Source: Camelus dromedarius (lineage: Eukaryota). From it: a DNA stretch of 64,000 nt. The position numbers and the translations under genes were made by a program. Of the stretch, positions 1 through 11,827 are shown piece by piece (position 1 is the first letter of the stretch; each line of letters begins with the position of its first letter). The stretch lies in assembly GCF_036321535.1 (NCBI RefSeq), contig NC_087437.1:120220001-120284000 (forward strand), given 5' to 3'. The notes below the pieces were generated by a model. That model was not told the origin of the DNA. It did not search any database and worked only from the letters and a program-made list of their open reading frames with translations.

Positions 1-52
1 GGGGTCTGGAAGGCCTTCTCCAAGGCCGTTTGTGTTCTGTTTACGATGACTC

Positions 53-516
53 ACGGTGGCCAGCCAGTAGGAGGCCCCCAGAAGGCATGTCCGTGTCAAA
101 TCCCCAGAACCCCTCCACGTGACCTCATTTGGGAAGGGTCTTTGCAGATTCAGTTACGAACCTCAGTGGGAGGCTGTCCTGGACGATCCAAACACACCCT
201 AAACCCAAATTACCCAAAAGCCCTGAATCCCGTGGCGCGTGCTCTTACAGGAGACACACGGGGGCAGACACAGGGAAGAGGCGAAGCCCGCACGATGATG
301 GCGGCAGAGATGGGGGGGGCGGCCACAAGCCAAGGGACGCCTGGAGCCCCCAGGATCTGGAAGAGGCAGGCAGGCTCCCCCCCGAAAGCTGCATAGGGGC
401 GTGGTCCTGATGGCACCTTGACTGCAGACTTCCGGCCTCTAGGACCGTGAGAGAGTAAATTTCTGTTGGTTTAAGCCACCGTGTGTGATAATTTACTGGG
501 GAAGCCGCAGGCGACA
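53..516 (+). mobile_element. ERVL-MaLR solo LTR (MLT1C/D-like)
   Basis: Typical MLT1 motifs: gtgacctcatttgggaagggtctttgcagat, gccacaagccaaggga, cttgactgcagacttccggcctc, taaatttctgttggtttaagccac. Confidence 0.85.
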
Positions 517-825
517 TGGCCTATTTGGGGAAGATGAGAGCTGGAAAATGTATATTAACTTGTGGGGTGAGAATTTTCAGGCAAATTAATTCATTTTTCT
601 TTCATCGGAAAACCAGAGCAAAAGCCAGACACGCGCAGGTTTCAGACAGATGCTGTATCTCAGAATATGTTGCAAATCAACGACAGCTGGGGGGCGGGGG
701 GAGGCGCCCCGGCCCAGACGGAACGCCGCCCAGTGCTTCGCCTCTGCACCATCAGCAGGCTCCCTGCTGGACCTGCACGGCCGCCTGGGCTCCCCGCCAG
801 CGGACGGGCGGCATGGAGGAGGCGG

Positions 826-1183
826 TGTCAGTGTGCTCCGCTGCTGTAACAAAACGCCACAGACTGGGGGCTCACACAACACACGTTTCTTCCCCTCCGT
901 TCTGGGGAGTCTGCAATCAGGGTGCCTGCAGAGTTGTGCTCTGGTGAGTCCCCTCTTCCTGGCTTACAGACGGCCTTCTCCCTGTGTCCTCACTTGGCAG
1001 AGAGAGGACTCTGGTGTCTCTTCCTCTTCTTATAGAGACACTTATCCCGTCATGGGGGGCCCACCCTCATGACCTCACCCAAACCTCGTCTCCCCCCAAA
1101 GGCCCCATCTCCAAATACTATCACACTAGAGGTGAGGGTTTCAACATATGAATTTTGTGGGGGACACCATTCAGTCCACAGCA
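826..1183 (-). mobile_element. ERVL-MaLR solo LTR (MLT1A-like)
   Basis: Runs from gctgctgtaacaaaacgccacagactggggg through ggccccatctccaaatactatcacact to tttcaacatatgaattttgtgggggacaccattcagtccacagca, the reverse strand of MLT1A. Confidence 0.88.
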
Positions 1184-1219
1184 GAGGGCGTGGCCCAGCC
1201 ACTAGGATGTTTTCTGGAA

Positions 1220-1580
1220 GAGGCATGCAACATATCTGCCTAAAATTTGTTGGCCAAAATTTAGGCACATAGCCACATCTAGCTGCAAGAGAAGATGGGG
1301 ACTATGCCCAGCTAACTGGGGTTGGGGGGTGATCCAGATTACAATGTGCTCAGATAAGAGTTGGGATTCAGACTTCTTCCACATGCTGCTCCTTCATACT
1401 GACCGTGCCACCTCATGGTCCAAAATGGCTGCTTGAGCGGCAGTCATCACCTCTGCATTCCAACCAAGAGGACATTCCTCACTTAGTCATAATGTAGTGT
1501 GGGGGATGTAGTCTTTCATCTGAAGGCAATGTACCCAGCTAAAAGTTGGGGTTCTAAATACTAAGGGAGGGGGATGGGAA
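1220..1580 (-). mobile_element. Degraded MLT1J/K-like LTR fragments
   Basis: ttggccaaaatttaggcacatagccacatctagctgcaag; ccaaaatggctgct...catcacctctgcattcc; tgtagtcttt...cccagctaaaa. Confidence 0.6.
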
Positions 1581-1905
1581 GGATGTTCTTCATCCACCTT
1601 CCTGGTTGCCTCAGGAATCTCTTCCGGAGCTTGACATATAATAGTGCTGTCTGGTTCTGACATAATCTTCTCAGAATCCATCTCTGCTAAGTCTACACTG
1701 CAAGCATCTCAAGAGCAGGAGTCACAACTTTCTCTCTCCTGTTCCACGCAGAGTCTGGACTGCCAGCCAGCAAACAACAGGAATCATGGGCCTAGTGTTT
1801 GCTGAGCTGAGGCTGACTTGTACGCAGTGTGGAACCGGGAAGCAGAGGCCAGGGGTTGTCGTCTGACCTCAAGGTGACCTACCACCCTGTGCTAATGCCT
1901 GCCCT

Positions 1906-1975
1906 CTCCCCAGTTTCAGAGCTCCTCCTCCAATTCAGAGTCTCCAATTTCAGAGTCTCCTCTCATTTCAGAGTT
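1906..1975 (+). repeat. Short degenerate tandem repeat, four copies with core TTCAGAG
   Basis: tttcagagctcc / attcagagtctcc / tttcagagtctcc / tttcagagttt, spaced roughly 15-20 bp apart. Confidence 0.7.
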
Positions 1976-4900
1976 TCACGAGATCCCCTCAGCAGCCCAC
2001 ATCCCTCTGTGAGGCTCAGAACTCTTTCTAAGGAATCCCAGATGAAAGGAACATTTTGCCCAGTGGCAAGATTCACCTCCTGGCATTCTTGAGACCCTTA
2101 GCAGCAAAGGACTGTCCAGAGCTGGGAGAAGGCCGTGAAGGACAGACACATGGCCTCCAAAGGTGACAGGAAATGGGAGCAGGGAGGGACACAGTCCTCA
2201 GCCGTTTCTCTGCAGCCAGGGGTTTCCAGTCGGCTCGGCCTCCTCTGTGGGCACCCCCTCATCCCCTCTCTGCACACCAGGGCTGGGGTGGAGCAGGCCC
2301 TTTATCTGCTCTGGGCCTGGCAAGGTGGCCCAATCCTGCAGGGATGAAATTGTGGGTGGTGAGATGGTCCCTGCCCTCTTGGCCTGCAAATGCTAGAACT
2401 GCATCACCAGCGCAGGGTGCAGACACCCCGAGCGGTCACTGCAGGCTGAGCTGTAAACGCTGAAGGCTGCGAGGCCCCTCCTCACAGGCAGCGGCTCGCG
2501 CTGTCTCCCCCTCGCAGTGCCTACGTCCTGGGGGAAGGCCCGTAGTCATAACAAGCTCCTTCATGATGGGCCTCCGGAGGAATTAGAAATACAATTTTTC
2601 GGGCACCTACAGAAAACCACGTGATTAGAGCTCCCGCACATGAAAGGGACACACCATGAGATCTGCGCCTCGTTTCTCAAAAGAACCAATTCAGATTAAA
2701 ACAATGGAATACATTCAGGGGAGCGCTAGCCCTGTGACGCTTTCGGCGTCTGCTCTACGCAATTCCAGACGTCTCCGCCTCCGGAGGAGACCAAGGAGAC
2801 CGTGCCCCTGGGCTCACCCTCAGGCCGTTCCGGGCTGTGTTTGGCCAGATGGAGGAGGCTGTGAAGTTCTCACGCATCGCCCCGAGGCGGCGGGAAGAGG
2901 CTCCCTGGTGATGCTCACCCTGGCAACATGCCCACTTGAATCAGCTCGGCGTAAAACAGGGGGAGAAAATCTGCTCTGTCTTTCCGGGTCCTAAGGTAGA
3001 AATTTAAGTAGCAGGAAGGATTTTTGATGTTAAATTTCCAGCTCGTAAAGCTGGATGCAAGTTTGTGATTGCATGTGGGTGGGGAGGCGAGATGTGGGGG
3101 GAGGGTGCGGGGAAGTAGGCACGGCTCAACAGGCCCCTCTTGAGACGAGACTCACCTCTCCCTGCACAGGGGGCCCTGCGGCCTCCTCCACCTCCCCCAC
3201 CCCGCCCAGATGGCAGTGTCTGTGAGGAGAGTCACCCAGGCGACAGCGGGCAGCACCACCAAGACTGGACGATCCTGGAAACTCTTCAGGGTGAGGACGC
3301 GTCTCAGGGAGCCTGGGAGCCAGCTGCGGCCCCTGGCGCTGTGGAGCTGGGGGTGGGTGGGGTCCACGTGGTGTGGAGGGAGTGGGGTGTCACTGTGCAC
3401 AGCAGGGTGTGACACGGGGACCCACGAGGCTGGAGCATCCGTGGCAGAGCAGCTCGTGGTGGCTGGAGCACTTGCGCGGACACTAGAGACCGCTGGGAGG
3501 GAGGGGGGCGGAGGGGCGCCGGCGTCAGCTCCGGGCGGCCCGCTGTCCACCCCTACTTCCTCTCCATCATGGAGAACCAGTGAGTGCCGGATGAAGCCCC
3601 AGGGTCAGGCCCACTGGCCCGTGGCTCCCTGGGGTTCTGACTCCAGGACAAGCCTCAGCCCCCTTCCCTGTCCTCACGGGCTCCCCCAGGTGAGGACGGT
3701 GACAATGTGAATGGACCTTAGCTTGTTTTGTCAGGCACAACTCTTGTGGTGACAGTGGCCCCAGAAGGTGAGCAGGCTGAGGCTGTGACCCATACCACCT
3801 TGCTGCCTGAACAGAGATGCTTTGGGAGTTGGCCTGTGTCAGCGAGCAGGTACGAAACAGCCCTGATCGGCTCTGCAGCCACTGATGCCCTGCAGTCTGT
3901 ACCGTGGGTGCTCCGGCCACCACAGGGAGGGGCCCAGCTCCCTGAGGCTGGAGCTCCAGCCTGCAGGACACTCCGACACGCACGGGACACAGGACTCAGC
4001 AGGGGCAGGCCTGCTTGGATGCTTTCCTCAGGCCTGCACACTGCCCACAGGTGGGCACTAGCTCTGAACCACTCTTGGCATCCTCGCATCGTGAACACCG
4101 GGCATTCACCCGTAAGAGCCCTTTCTGATGTCCCCTGTGTGAATGGAAAGGCTGTGGACTTCCCGGGAGAGCCCCACAGGCAGCTTTGTGCCCATCGGCT
4201 CAGCCGCAGGGAGGAAGACCATGGGGAGCCCCCCCCACGTCGGGTTATGTGTTGTTGGTCGCCGCCCCCCCCCACCCCAGGTCGATTCTGGTTCTGGGCA
4301 ACTGACAGCCTTGGCAACGAAGAAGCTCACGTTTAAAGTAAACCCCAGCCCGTTCAGAGCAGCCTGAATTTTCCAGAAATGCCCTCAAAGGCTGGCAGCT
4401 GTTACGCTGGTCCACATGGGAGCTGAGCTCACGGGTCCTCTCCCCTGCTCTGTCTGTCTGTCCGTCCGCAGCTCCTCCCTGGGGAGGCCCTCTCCAGTGG
4501 TGGAGACCGCAGGCTCAAGGACAGCAGAACAAGCCGTGACTCAGCCTGAGCCGACCACTCTCCCTGGCAGGTGCCACACAAAGGCCCCCTGGACGTTTGA
4601 GACGGTACAGGGTGACAAGGACCGCACAAGCTGGGGGTGACAGCTGGAGGGCGGGTGAGGAGACTGCACGGGCTCACGTCGAGCAGCTCCTGGCTTCGGC
4701 TCCGCATACGCCTTGGTACTGCAGGCAGAGCCTGGGTCCCAGGCCAGAAACCAGGGCAGAGGCCGAGAGCCAGAAGGTTCTTGGAGGACTTCTGGCCCCA
4801 GTTCCCCCTTTTCTCCAGAAAACAAGGCCTGGAGGTGGCTCCAGGGCTGTCCAAGGACACAAAGCTGGTCCATGTGGACTTGACAGAGGGTCTCAGCATG

Positions 4901-5289
4901 GCTGTGGGGGCCTGTGGCCCATTAGCTCCCTGGGGTGGGGGTTCACACCACAGCCTCCGGCAGAGCCTTTGAAGTCCACGTTCCTGGCCCTGCCTCTGTG
5001 TTTAGTGGTTCGGGGGCCTGGGGTAACACCCGTAGAGGACCTACGCTCCTGTGTGTTTTCTCTCTACAAGCCCCAGTCATCGCACCACCTTACTTACTGG
5101 GTCCAGGCGTCCAGAGCCATGGCCCTGAGGGGCACAGCCAGGCCTGCAGGTCCACTGTCACGCACCATCCTGCTCTCCTGTGGTTTTCCACAAGCTGTCC
5201 GCCCGCTGCCTCACATCACTGCCCGGCACTGCTGGCCATCTGGGTTTGCAGTCACTGCCCTGGCCTCAGCTGCTTGGGGCAGGGGCTGT

Positions 5290-5362
5290 GGCTGGATCTT
5301 CACTGTGTCTCCAGAACCCTGGACAGTGCCTGGCTCCTGAAGGACGGATGGATGGATGGATG
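5290..5362 (+). mobile_element. LINE-2 3'-end relic
   Basis: tgtgtctccagaaccctggacagtgcctggc followed by a (tgga)n tail, similar to the L2 terminus. Confidence 0.55.
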
Positions 5363-6469
5363 AGGCAGTGGAGGGACTGCATGTGGGAAGGGTCCTCGGA
5401 GGCTTCTACCAAGGAGGGGGACCCTGGGGACAATGTGGGTCAACTACTTTCTCCTCAGAATGTGACCTCCCATCCGCCGTGACTCAGCCCCATCTGCTCC
5501 CTGCCCGTCAGGCCCTAAACCTCCAGTCCTGCCCGCAGCCTGTGAACGAGGACGCGAGACCTGGCTGTCCTGCCAAGCAGCGTGCCTGCCTTGTTCCAGC
5601 TCGTCTGCCTGGGGTGCAGGCAAGCGCTTCCGTATCGCCTTTTAATGGTCTACTTTGTTCACCAGGCTTTACAGTCACAGCCAGCTGGCTTGGCTGCCAA
5701 GTGGCCACGTCGGTCATTAAGACAGCAGGTCAGCCGTGGAGCTGGACAACTTCCTGCTGCCCTGGGGAGCCAGCCTGAGGTGGCCACCCTCCACCTTTTC
5801 TGGGGGAAGGAGGCAGTGGGAACATGGGGCATCCAGTGGCCTTGCTCGGTGTTTTCTGAGGTGCAAATGCCAATCCGCTGTACCACCTCCCCGGGGGACC
5901 TGAGTCCCCTGGGCTCAAGAGGAGCCCCTCAGTGTTTGTGTCTGGAACGCAGTCAGGAGCTGAGTGGGAAGGAAGGAAGGCTGGGGGAGGAGCTCCCTGC
6001 GATCTGTCTGAGGGGTGCCTGCCCCTCCTCCTTCCTGACCGTCTCTTCGCTCTCCCGCAATTTCACAGGGAAGCACAAGCAGGTGTCCCCACTGCCAGAG
6101 GCCAGGCCCACCCTCTGCGTCCACCAGCTTCGCTCTGGGCCAGTGACCCTGGAATGCTGGCCCACTGGGGCGGGCGGGGTCTGTTAACACAGAGTCAGGG
6201 GCTGGAGGTCTGCTTTTCCAGGCAGTTTTCTGTCACTCCCGGGGGATGGACACGAGCAGGTCTGGGAAGCAGCAGATCCAGGTCATTCATCCACTCACAT
6301 GCTCCAGGGCAGCACCTTGAGGCTGGGGGTGCCGGGTGCAGCACCCTCACTCTCTGCAAGTCCATGGTCTATACCCTCCTGGGGTCACAGTGCCCGCTGA
6401 GCTTCCTTTTTCCAGCACTGTTCTGAGCTCCTTAGCTCGCTAAACCTTGGAGCCAGAGCCACCGTAATC

Positions 6470-6578
6470 CAGAGGCACAGAGAAGTTAGGCAACTTTCCC
6501 AAGATCACACAGGAGCTGGACCCAAAGGCAGGTGCTCTGGACCCTGAGTACATGCCCTGAGCACTAGACACACTGCCC
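6470..6578 (-). mobile_element. MIR SINE
   Basis: gaggcacagagaagttaggcaactttcccaagatcacacag is the reverse of the MIR core. Confidence 0.75.
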
Positions 6579-7164
6579 ACCAGACAAGTGCTGTGCAGAG
6601 TGCACAAGAGTGTAATGAGAAGCCGTACTTGTGCAGCTTTAGATAAGATAGTCAGGGAGGACTGCTTGGAGGGGGTGACACTCCAGAAGGAAGAGGCCGA
6701 ACAGAAGAGCCCTCTAGCCAGCGGCTGTGAGTGACCTCTCCCTCCTCTCCAGCGAGAGACCCCCGGATGGCTTACAGCTCAGTGGGGATCGGGCCCATGA
6801 GAGGCCCCCAGCTTGTCTGAGTTGGAAGAGCCTGGAGCCATTCTGCTCCCGCGTGGGCTGGGGCTGAGCCTTGGGTGGGAACACGAGAGACAGTGGGGTG
6901 GTCCTGCGGGGGTGGGATCCCAGGAGGCAGCCCTGGGAGGAGCCCTGCGACGTGAGCTGAGCCTGGAGCTCCATATGGATGTCCCCTTGCCGAGGACAAG
7001 CTGATAGCGTCCCTTGTTGGCTGGCCCTGGCCCTGGTCTCACTGGGGCTGTGCTGTTCCTCCCCGGGTCAAGAGCCTGAGCCCCACAGAGTGGGAGTCCC
7101 AGGCCCCGCCCCTAATGAAAGACCCCCCTCCCCACAAAGGCTCTGCACGCTGCAGGGCAAGTGG

Positions 7165-7410
7165 CCTCACTAAGCCACCCAAAACAAAGCAGAACAGATC
7201 AGGTGTGTGTGTGTTGGGGTGGGGGATCTTAAAGCAACCGAAATCTATTCTCTTGTAGTCTGGAAGCCAGAAGTCTGAAATCAAAGCATTAGCAGGACCA
7301 AACTCCCTCCCAAGGCTTTAGGGGAAGTTCTCTCCCTGCCTCCTCCAGTTCCTGGGAGCCCCAGCATCCTCTGGATCGTGGCCACACCACTCAGCCTCCT
7401 CTCTGATCCT
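7165..7410 (-). mobile_element. MLT1B/C-like LTR fragment
   Basis: cttaaagcaaccgaaatctattctc...tctggaagccagaagtctgaaatcaaag...ccctgcctcctccagttcctgg. Confidence 0.75.
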
Positions 7411-8074
7411 GGGACCCTCCCTGTGGGCTGTTCAACTGTCTCTGCCTGCGTCTTCTGGGGTCACGTGTGCATGGGGCCCAGGACCCCTGCAGGCCACATC
7501 GCTGGAGTGTGAGGACCCAGGGACTCTGAGACCCTCTAACCAGCAGCCCCACCTGCCTCCAGAGAAAGCCCCTGGGGACCCGCCCCCCTCACCCCGCCTC
7601 ACCCCACAGAGCCGAGGCTGGCCTGAGCCTGAGGCCTTGTCCGCAAGCAGCTTCCCACAGGCCCCGACATCCCGGGCTGGCCACATCCTCCGGGGCGCTC
7701 GGTCACTGTGCACTTCCCTCCATCGGGACAGGGACATGCTGCGCTGCCTCCAGTTGGGCCAGGAAGTCAACATGACTGAAGTGACAGGGATTTAAGTGTC
7801 CCCATGCCTGCTGCTCTCCAGGCCTCAAGTCATTGTCATCTCTGTGTGCCCACACCATCCACAGGCTTCAGACACACTTGTGCAATAGGCCCCCTTCCCT
7901 CTGGCGCCGCTCCTCCATCTCAGCACAGCCATGGCGCAGGTGCGAGCCTGGGCACGTGTGTGCAGGCGTGGCTGTCCAAGGCCCCGCGGTCTCCGCACAG
8001 ACCTGCCCTCCCTGCCCAGGCAGAGCTGTGAGGCCCCAAGGACGTCCCCGCAAACCCCGAGAGGGAGGGTGGGC

Positions 8075-8201
8075 AATACAGATACCCAGACACGCGCACA
8101 CCACACGTGCGCGCACACACTCAGAAGACACACACTCCACATACACCCTCCCCACTCACACGCACATCACGCACAGACACACGCACGCCCACACCCACAC
8201 A
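8075..8201 (+). repeat. Degenerate (CA)n tract
   Basis: Interrupted ACAC/GCAC repeats. Confidence 0.8.
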
Positions 8202-8939
8202 CCTGAGGGGTGACTTGAGCAAACAGCTTTCCGTCACGATGGTTCCCAGACTCAGGCAGGTCCTGTCGTCCACACTGAGGGTTGCTCTGCACGGTGACTG
8301 CGACACTTCTGTGCCAGGGCTCTGAAAAGTGTCAGGAACCCCCTTGGTGTCCCCAAGCCTTGTGCCTGCACCTTACAAATGATACGGGGTCTCACATGGT
8401 TCACAGAGCCCCAGGATCTGGGAGGGCCCTCCTCACCCACTCTCAGCCCCTCCACTTGGGCTTCTGTTCCAAGGGGGCCCGGAGCGGCTGTACTGAAGCC
8501 AGGACAGCCTGGAGGACAGAGTCATCTGCCGGCAGCCAGCACCGAAGTGACGAATGCCCTCCTCTCACGGCCTCAGGCTGCGTACCTGCTGTGCGGAGCG
8601 CAGGCAGGCCCCTCCCTTCGAAGGCCCTTTCCCACCCAGGCCAGGAGCCCGCGTGCAGTCTGCCTGCTGACTGGGTTCCCGTCTGGCTTCTCTCTGAGCT
8701 GACCCCTCCCTTGGAAGTAAGGAGGCGGGTGGGCCCCCCTGGGATCTCCAGCAGGGCCTCTGCGCTGGCTCAGGAGAGGGACATTCAGGGGGCAGGACGC
8801 CCCCAGCTCCCCCGCACAGTGGGTGCAGGACAGCCGGCTCCAGTCTTCAGGTTTATTATTCTTTAGACTTTTTACCCAGTGGGCTGGAAACCCAGGAGGA
8901 GGGACAGGAAGGAGAGCCACGCAAGAGGTGGGGGTGAGA

Positions 8940-9380
8940 ACGGGTGAGGTGGGCGGGGCCGGGGGGCAGCGGTCCTTCGGAGGCCGGACCTCCGGCGGTG
9001 GCCGGGCCGCCAGCCTGCCACCCAGAGCCCTCAGCTTCCTGTCCAGCCCACATCCAGTGTGGGGTCTGAAAGGGCTTCTCTTTCCCGCAGGGTTTTGGTT
9101 CCTGTTTTCTCTCCTTGGACCTGCCAGGACGCTATCAGGTGTGGGCCGGGGGCCCCCCAGGTGCGCCCACGTGGCCCCGGGTCCATGGCTCCCCCCAGGG
9201 GCCGGGCACCGGTTCCCAGAGCCCCGGTTCCAGACCCTCCCTGCCTCCGCACAGGCCGGGAGAGGGCGAGCCCCACGCAGGCTGACGTCAGCCCAGCCTT
9301 CCGGACAGGAAGCCTGGAGCCGGCATCCGGACCGCCAGTCCGCGCCCGGCTGTGGCTGGCACCGGGGACGCCGCAGCTCT
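8940..9380. promoter_or_regulatory. CpG-rich segment with palindromic CRE/MARE-like site (candidate enhancer)
   Basis: Elevated CpG density, GC box gggcgggg near 8951, perfect 14-bp palindrome GGCTGACGTCAGCC at 9280-9293. Confidence 0.35.
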
Positions 9381-10099
9381 GAACAAGAGGGGCTAAAATG
9401 CTCCCTTCGCCCAGTGAAATTCTCAGGTGCGTCCTGGAGCAGCCCCCATCCTCCCCTGATGGGCAGCAGACATTCTGGTCTGGCCAAGGGGACCACCCCC
9501 AACAAGGGCAGAGCTGGAGTGGCCCAGGGCTACCACAGTGCCCCTCTCCCCGGGGATCCAAGTTGGGTCAGTGTCAGGCCAAGCAGGGCGGGCGCTACCC
9601 CACCCACGCCCCAGCGGGGAGTCGGCCCTGTGTAGGTGCTCAGCTAAGATGTCGGAACCTTCCAGAACCCCGCAGGCCCGTGGTAGCCCGTCTCTGACAC
9701 GCAGTCCACCCCCACTTATCCCTCAGTCTCGGGGCTCCTTTTCTTCCTGGTTCCATTGCTCCTAGGAACTCACAGGACTTCGGACAGATCTGAGTTCAGA
9801 TCCTGCCCCCTCCTGGGGCCGGCGGGTGTCGGGGGGCTGTGGGCGTGAATGCCCCCTCCATGGCGGTTCAGACGCACTGACACCAGGATGAGGCAGCGGG
9901 CACTTAAGCAGCAGAGGGAACTTCGGGGGGTGGGTGGATTTCAGACCCTGGGTCTTCCGGCTTCTGGGAGCTGCATTCTGCAACCAGAAAAATCCCATCT
10001 GAAGCCCTGCGGTGGGGCCCAGGAAGCTACATTTTCACAAGGCCCCGAATTTGCAACATGTCTGAGCTCTGTGTTGTAGCCTCGGGCTGGGGCCCTGGT

Positions 10100-10160
10100 T
10101 CACCAGCTACATCCCTCAGTGTTTCTGAGCTTCAGCTTCCTCATCTGCAAAAGGCCAGTC
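10100..10160 (+). mobile_element. MIR fragment
   Basis: tttctgagcttcagcttcctcatctgcaaaagg matches the MIR core. Confidence 0.55.
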
Positions 10161-11139
10161 TCACCGCAGCCTGCGCAGAATGCTCTAGGCGTGGGTGCTG
10201 GGCCATAGCAGGTGTCGGGCAAGTGGTCCTGCCCCAGCAAACACGGAAACCACACAGCACGAGAGTGAAAGGCGCCTGCCGCTCTGCCGTCCAGCGGACA
10301 TGGGTTCTGAAACATTTCAGTGTGTTTTCAGCTTACCTTATCAATATAGTACAATTAAAAACTGGGGCCATGCTGTATCTCTACCGTGCTTTGTCCTCTA
10401 GGAAATTAGGATTGTTTTCAGTTTTTCACTATGATAGATTTGTGACAACTGTAGTTAATAGTCTTAGAAAAGAACCTGTGCATCTGAAAGATCATTCCCT
10501 AAGGCTAAACTTCCAACTGAAACCCACAGAGGCCTTCACGCTCCCTTGTCGCTTTCAGACGTTGATCTGCCCCCTCTCCCAGGCCCGAAGGCCAGCTGCG
10601 ATCCCTGCGATCCCAGGCTGTGTCGCTGTAGAGTGTGGTGCTGCCCGGGAAGGGTCGAGCCTGGGAAATGTCTTTGGCGTTGTCCTCCCGCACACACCAG
10701 TCTGCCGGTCGCCCAGCCACCTGCCTGCTGTGCTGTCCTTGCTGGGGTGGGGGGCAGCTGCCATGGGATGGGGGGGCCCTGGGTGCAGTCCTGCTCCTTG
10801 CTCTCTGGCCATGCATCTAGGGACCGTGTAAGAGAGGGGCGTGGGTGGCACAGTGCACCCAGCCCTAGTCTCTTGTAGGCTCCCCCACCCGGTCTCTCTG
10901 GCCCTGTCCCCCGGGTCCCTGTGGGCCAGGACTTGCATGGGGGCTGGGAAGCACGCTTCACGCCTCTGGCTCTGAGCAGCCGCAGGGGTGACAGGAGGAG
11001 GAGTGCCTACAGGGACAGGTGACTTCGTCTGTAAACCGAGGGAGACCCCTGGGGGCAGGGCTTCCTTGTGCTTTTGCCAAATGACCTGGGCCCACCAAGA
11101 TCTGTGAGAGCCAGGGCCTTTCCTCCCTCCTCCAGAGTC

Positions 11140-11827
11140 TTAAATCCTTTTTATCCTGAAAATGTTTGAACATCCAGAAATAGGAGAATAATCTAATGTC
11201 CCAGCAACAAATGAACAGGTTTGACCTGTTGTCACATTTGCTTTGCTTTATTATTTGTGTGTATGTGAAATATATTACAGGAGATAACACCCAGCCTGGC
11301 ATCTCACCCCTAAACATTTAGGATAAATCTTTGGCAGAGACAAACACTTCAAACCTCTGGCAGAGACAAGCAATTCTTACACGACCTCTACGCTATCACC
11401 ACAGGTAACCAGAGCAGGCTCCTTCCTCCGTGTCATCCAGTACTAGTCCATGTTCAAGATTTCCACGGTCCCCCAGATGCTGTTTCACAGCTGGTTTGTT
11501 TGAAGAATGATACAAAGTCCCCACCCTGCATTTGCTTTTATGTCACTTCCATTTCTCCTCATCTGTAAACAGCCCCTCCCTTTTTTCTTGCATGCCAAGG
11601 CTTATTGAAGAGGCCAGGTCAAAAACCCCTCATTCAGGATGTCTCTGTTTGTTGAGATGACGTCTAACTGTCCTCTGCCTCCCTTTCCCTGTGATTTCCT
11701 GTAAATGAGAGTTTAGATCTAAAGGGTCCATTAGACTCAGGCTCATTACTTTGGCAGGAAAACTTCACAGGTGTTGCATCTCTCAGAAGGCAGCAGGCTG
11801 TTTGGCTCTGAGGATGCTGGGACGGAC
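11140..11827 (-). mobile_element. Old L1 3' UTR (L1MC4/5-like), left part
   Basis: AT-rich, T-skewed; ttagatctaaagggtccattagactcagg...tttggcaggaaaacttcacaggtg resembles antisense L1MC. Confidence 0.6.

Noticed and set aside
195..232. ccctaaacccaaa telomere-like sequence
   Set aside because: Lies within an MLT1 LTR as a small local duplication; there is no (TTAGGG)n array.
5561..5700. Two NFI-like TGGC...GCCAA sites
   Set aside because: Both have 6-bp spacers rather than the canonical 5 bp; only half-sites are supportable.
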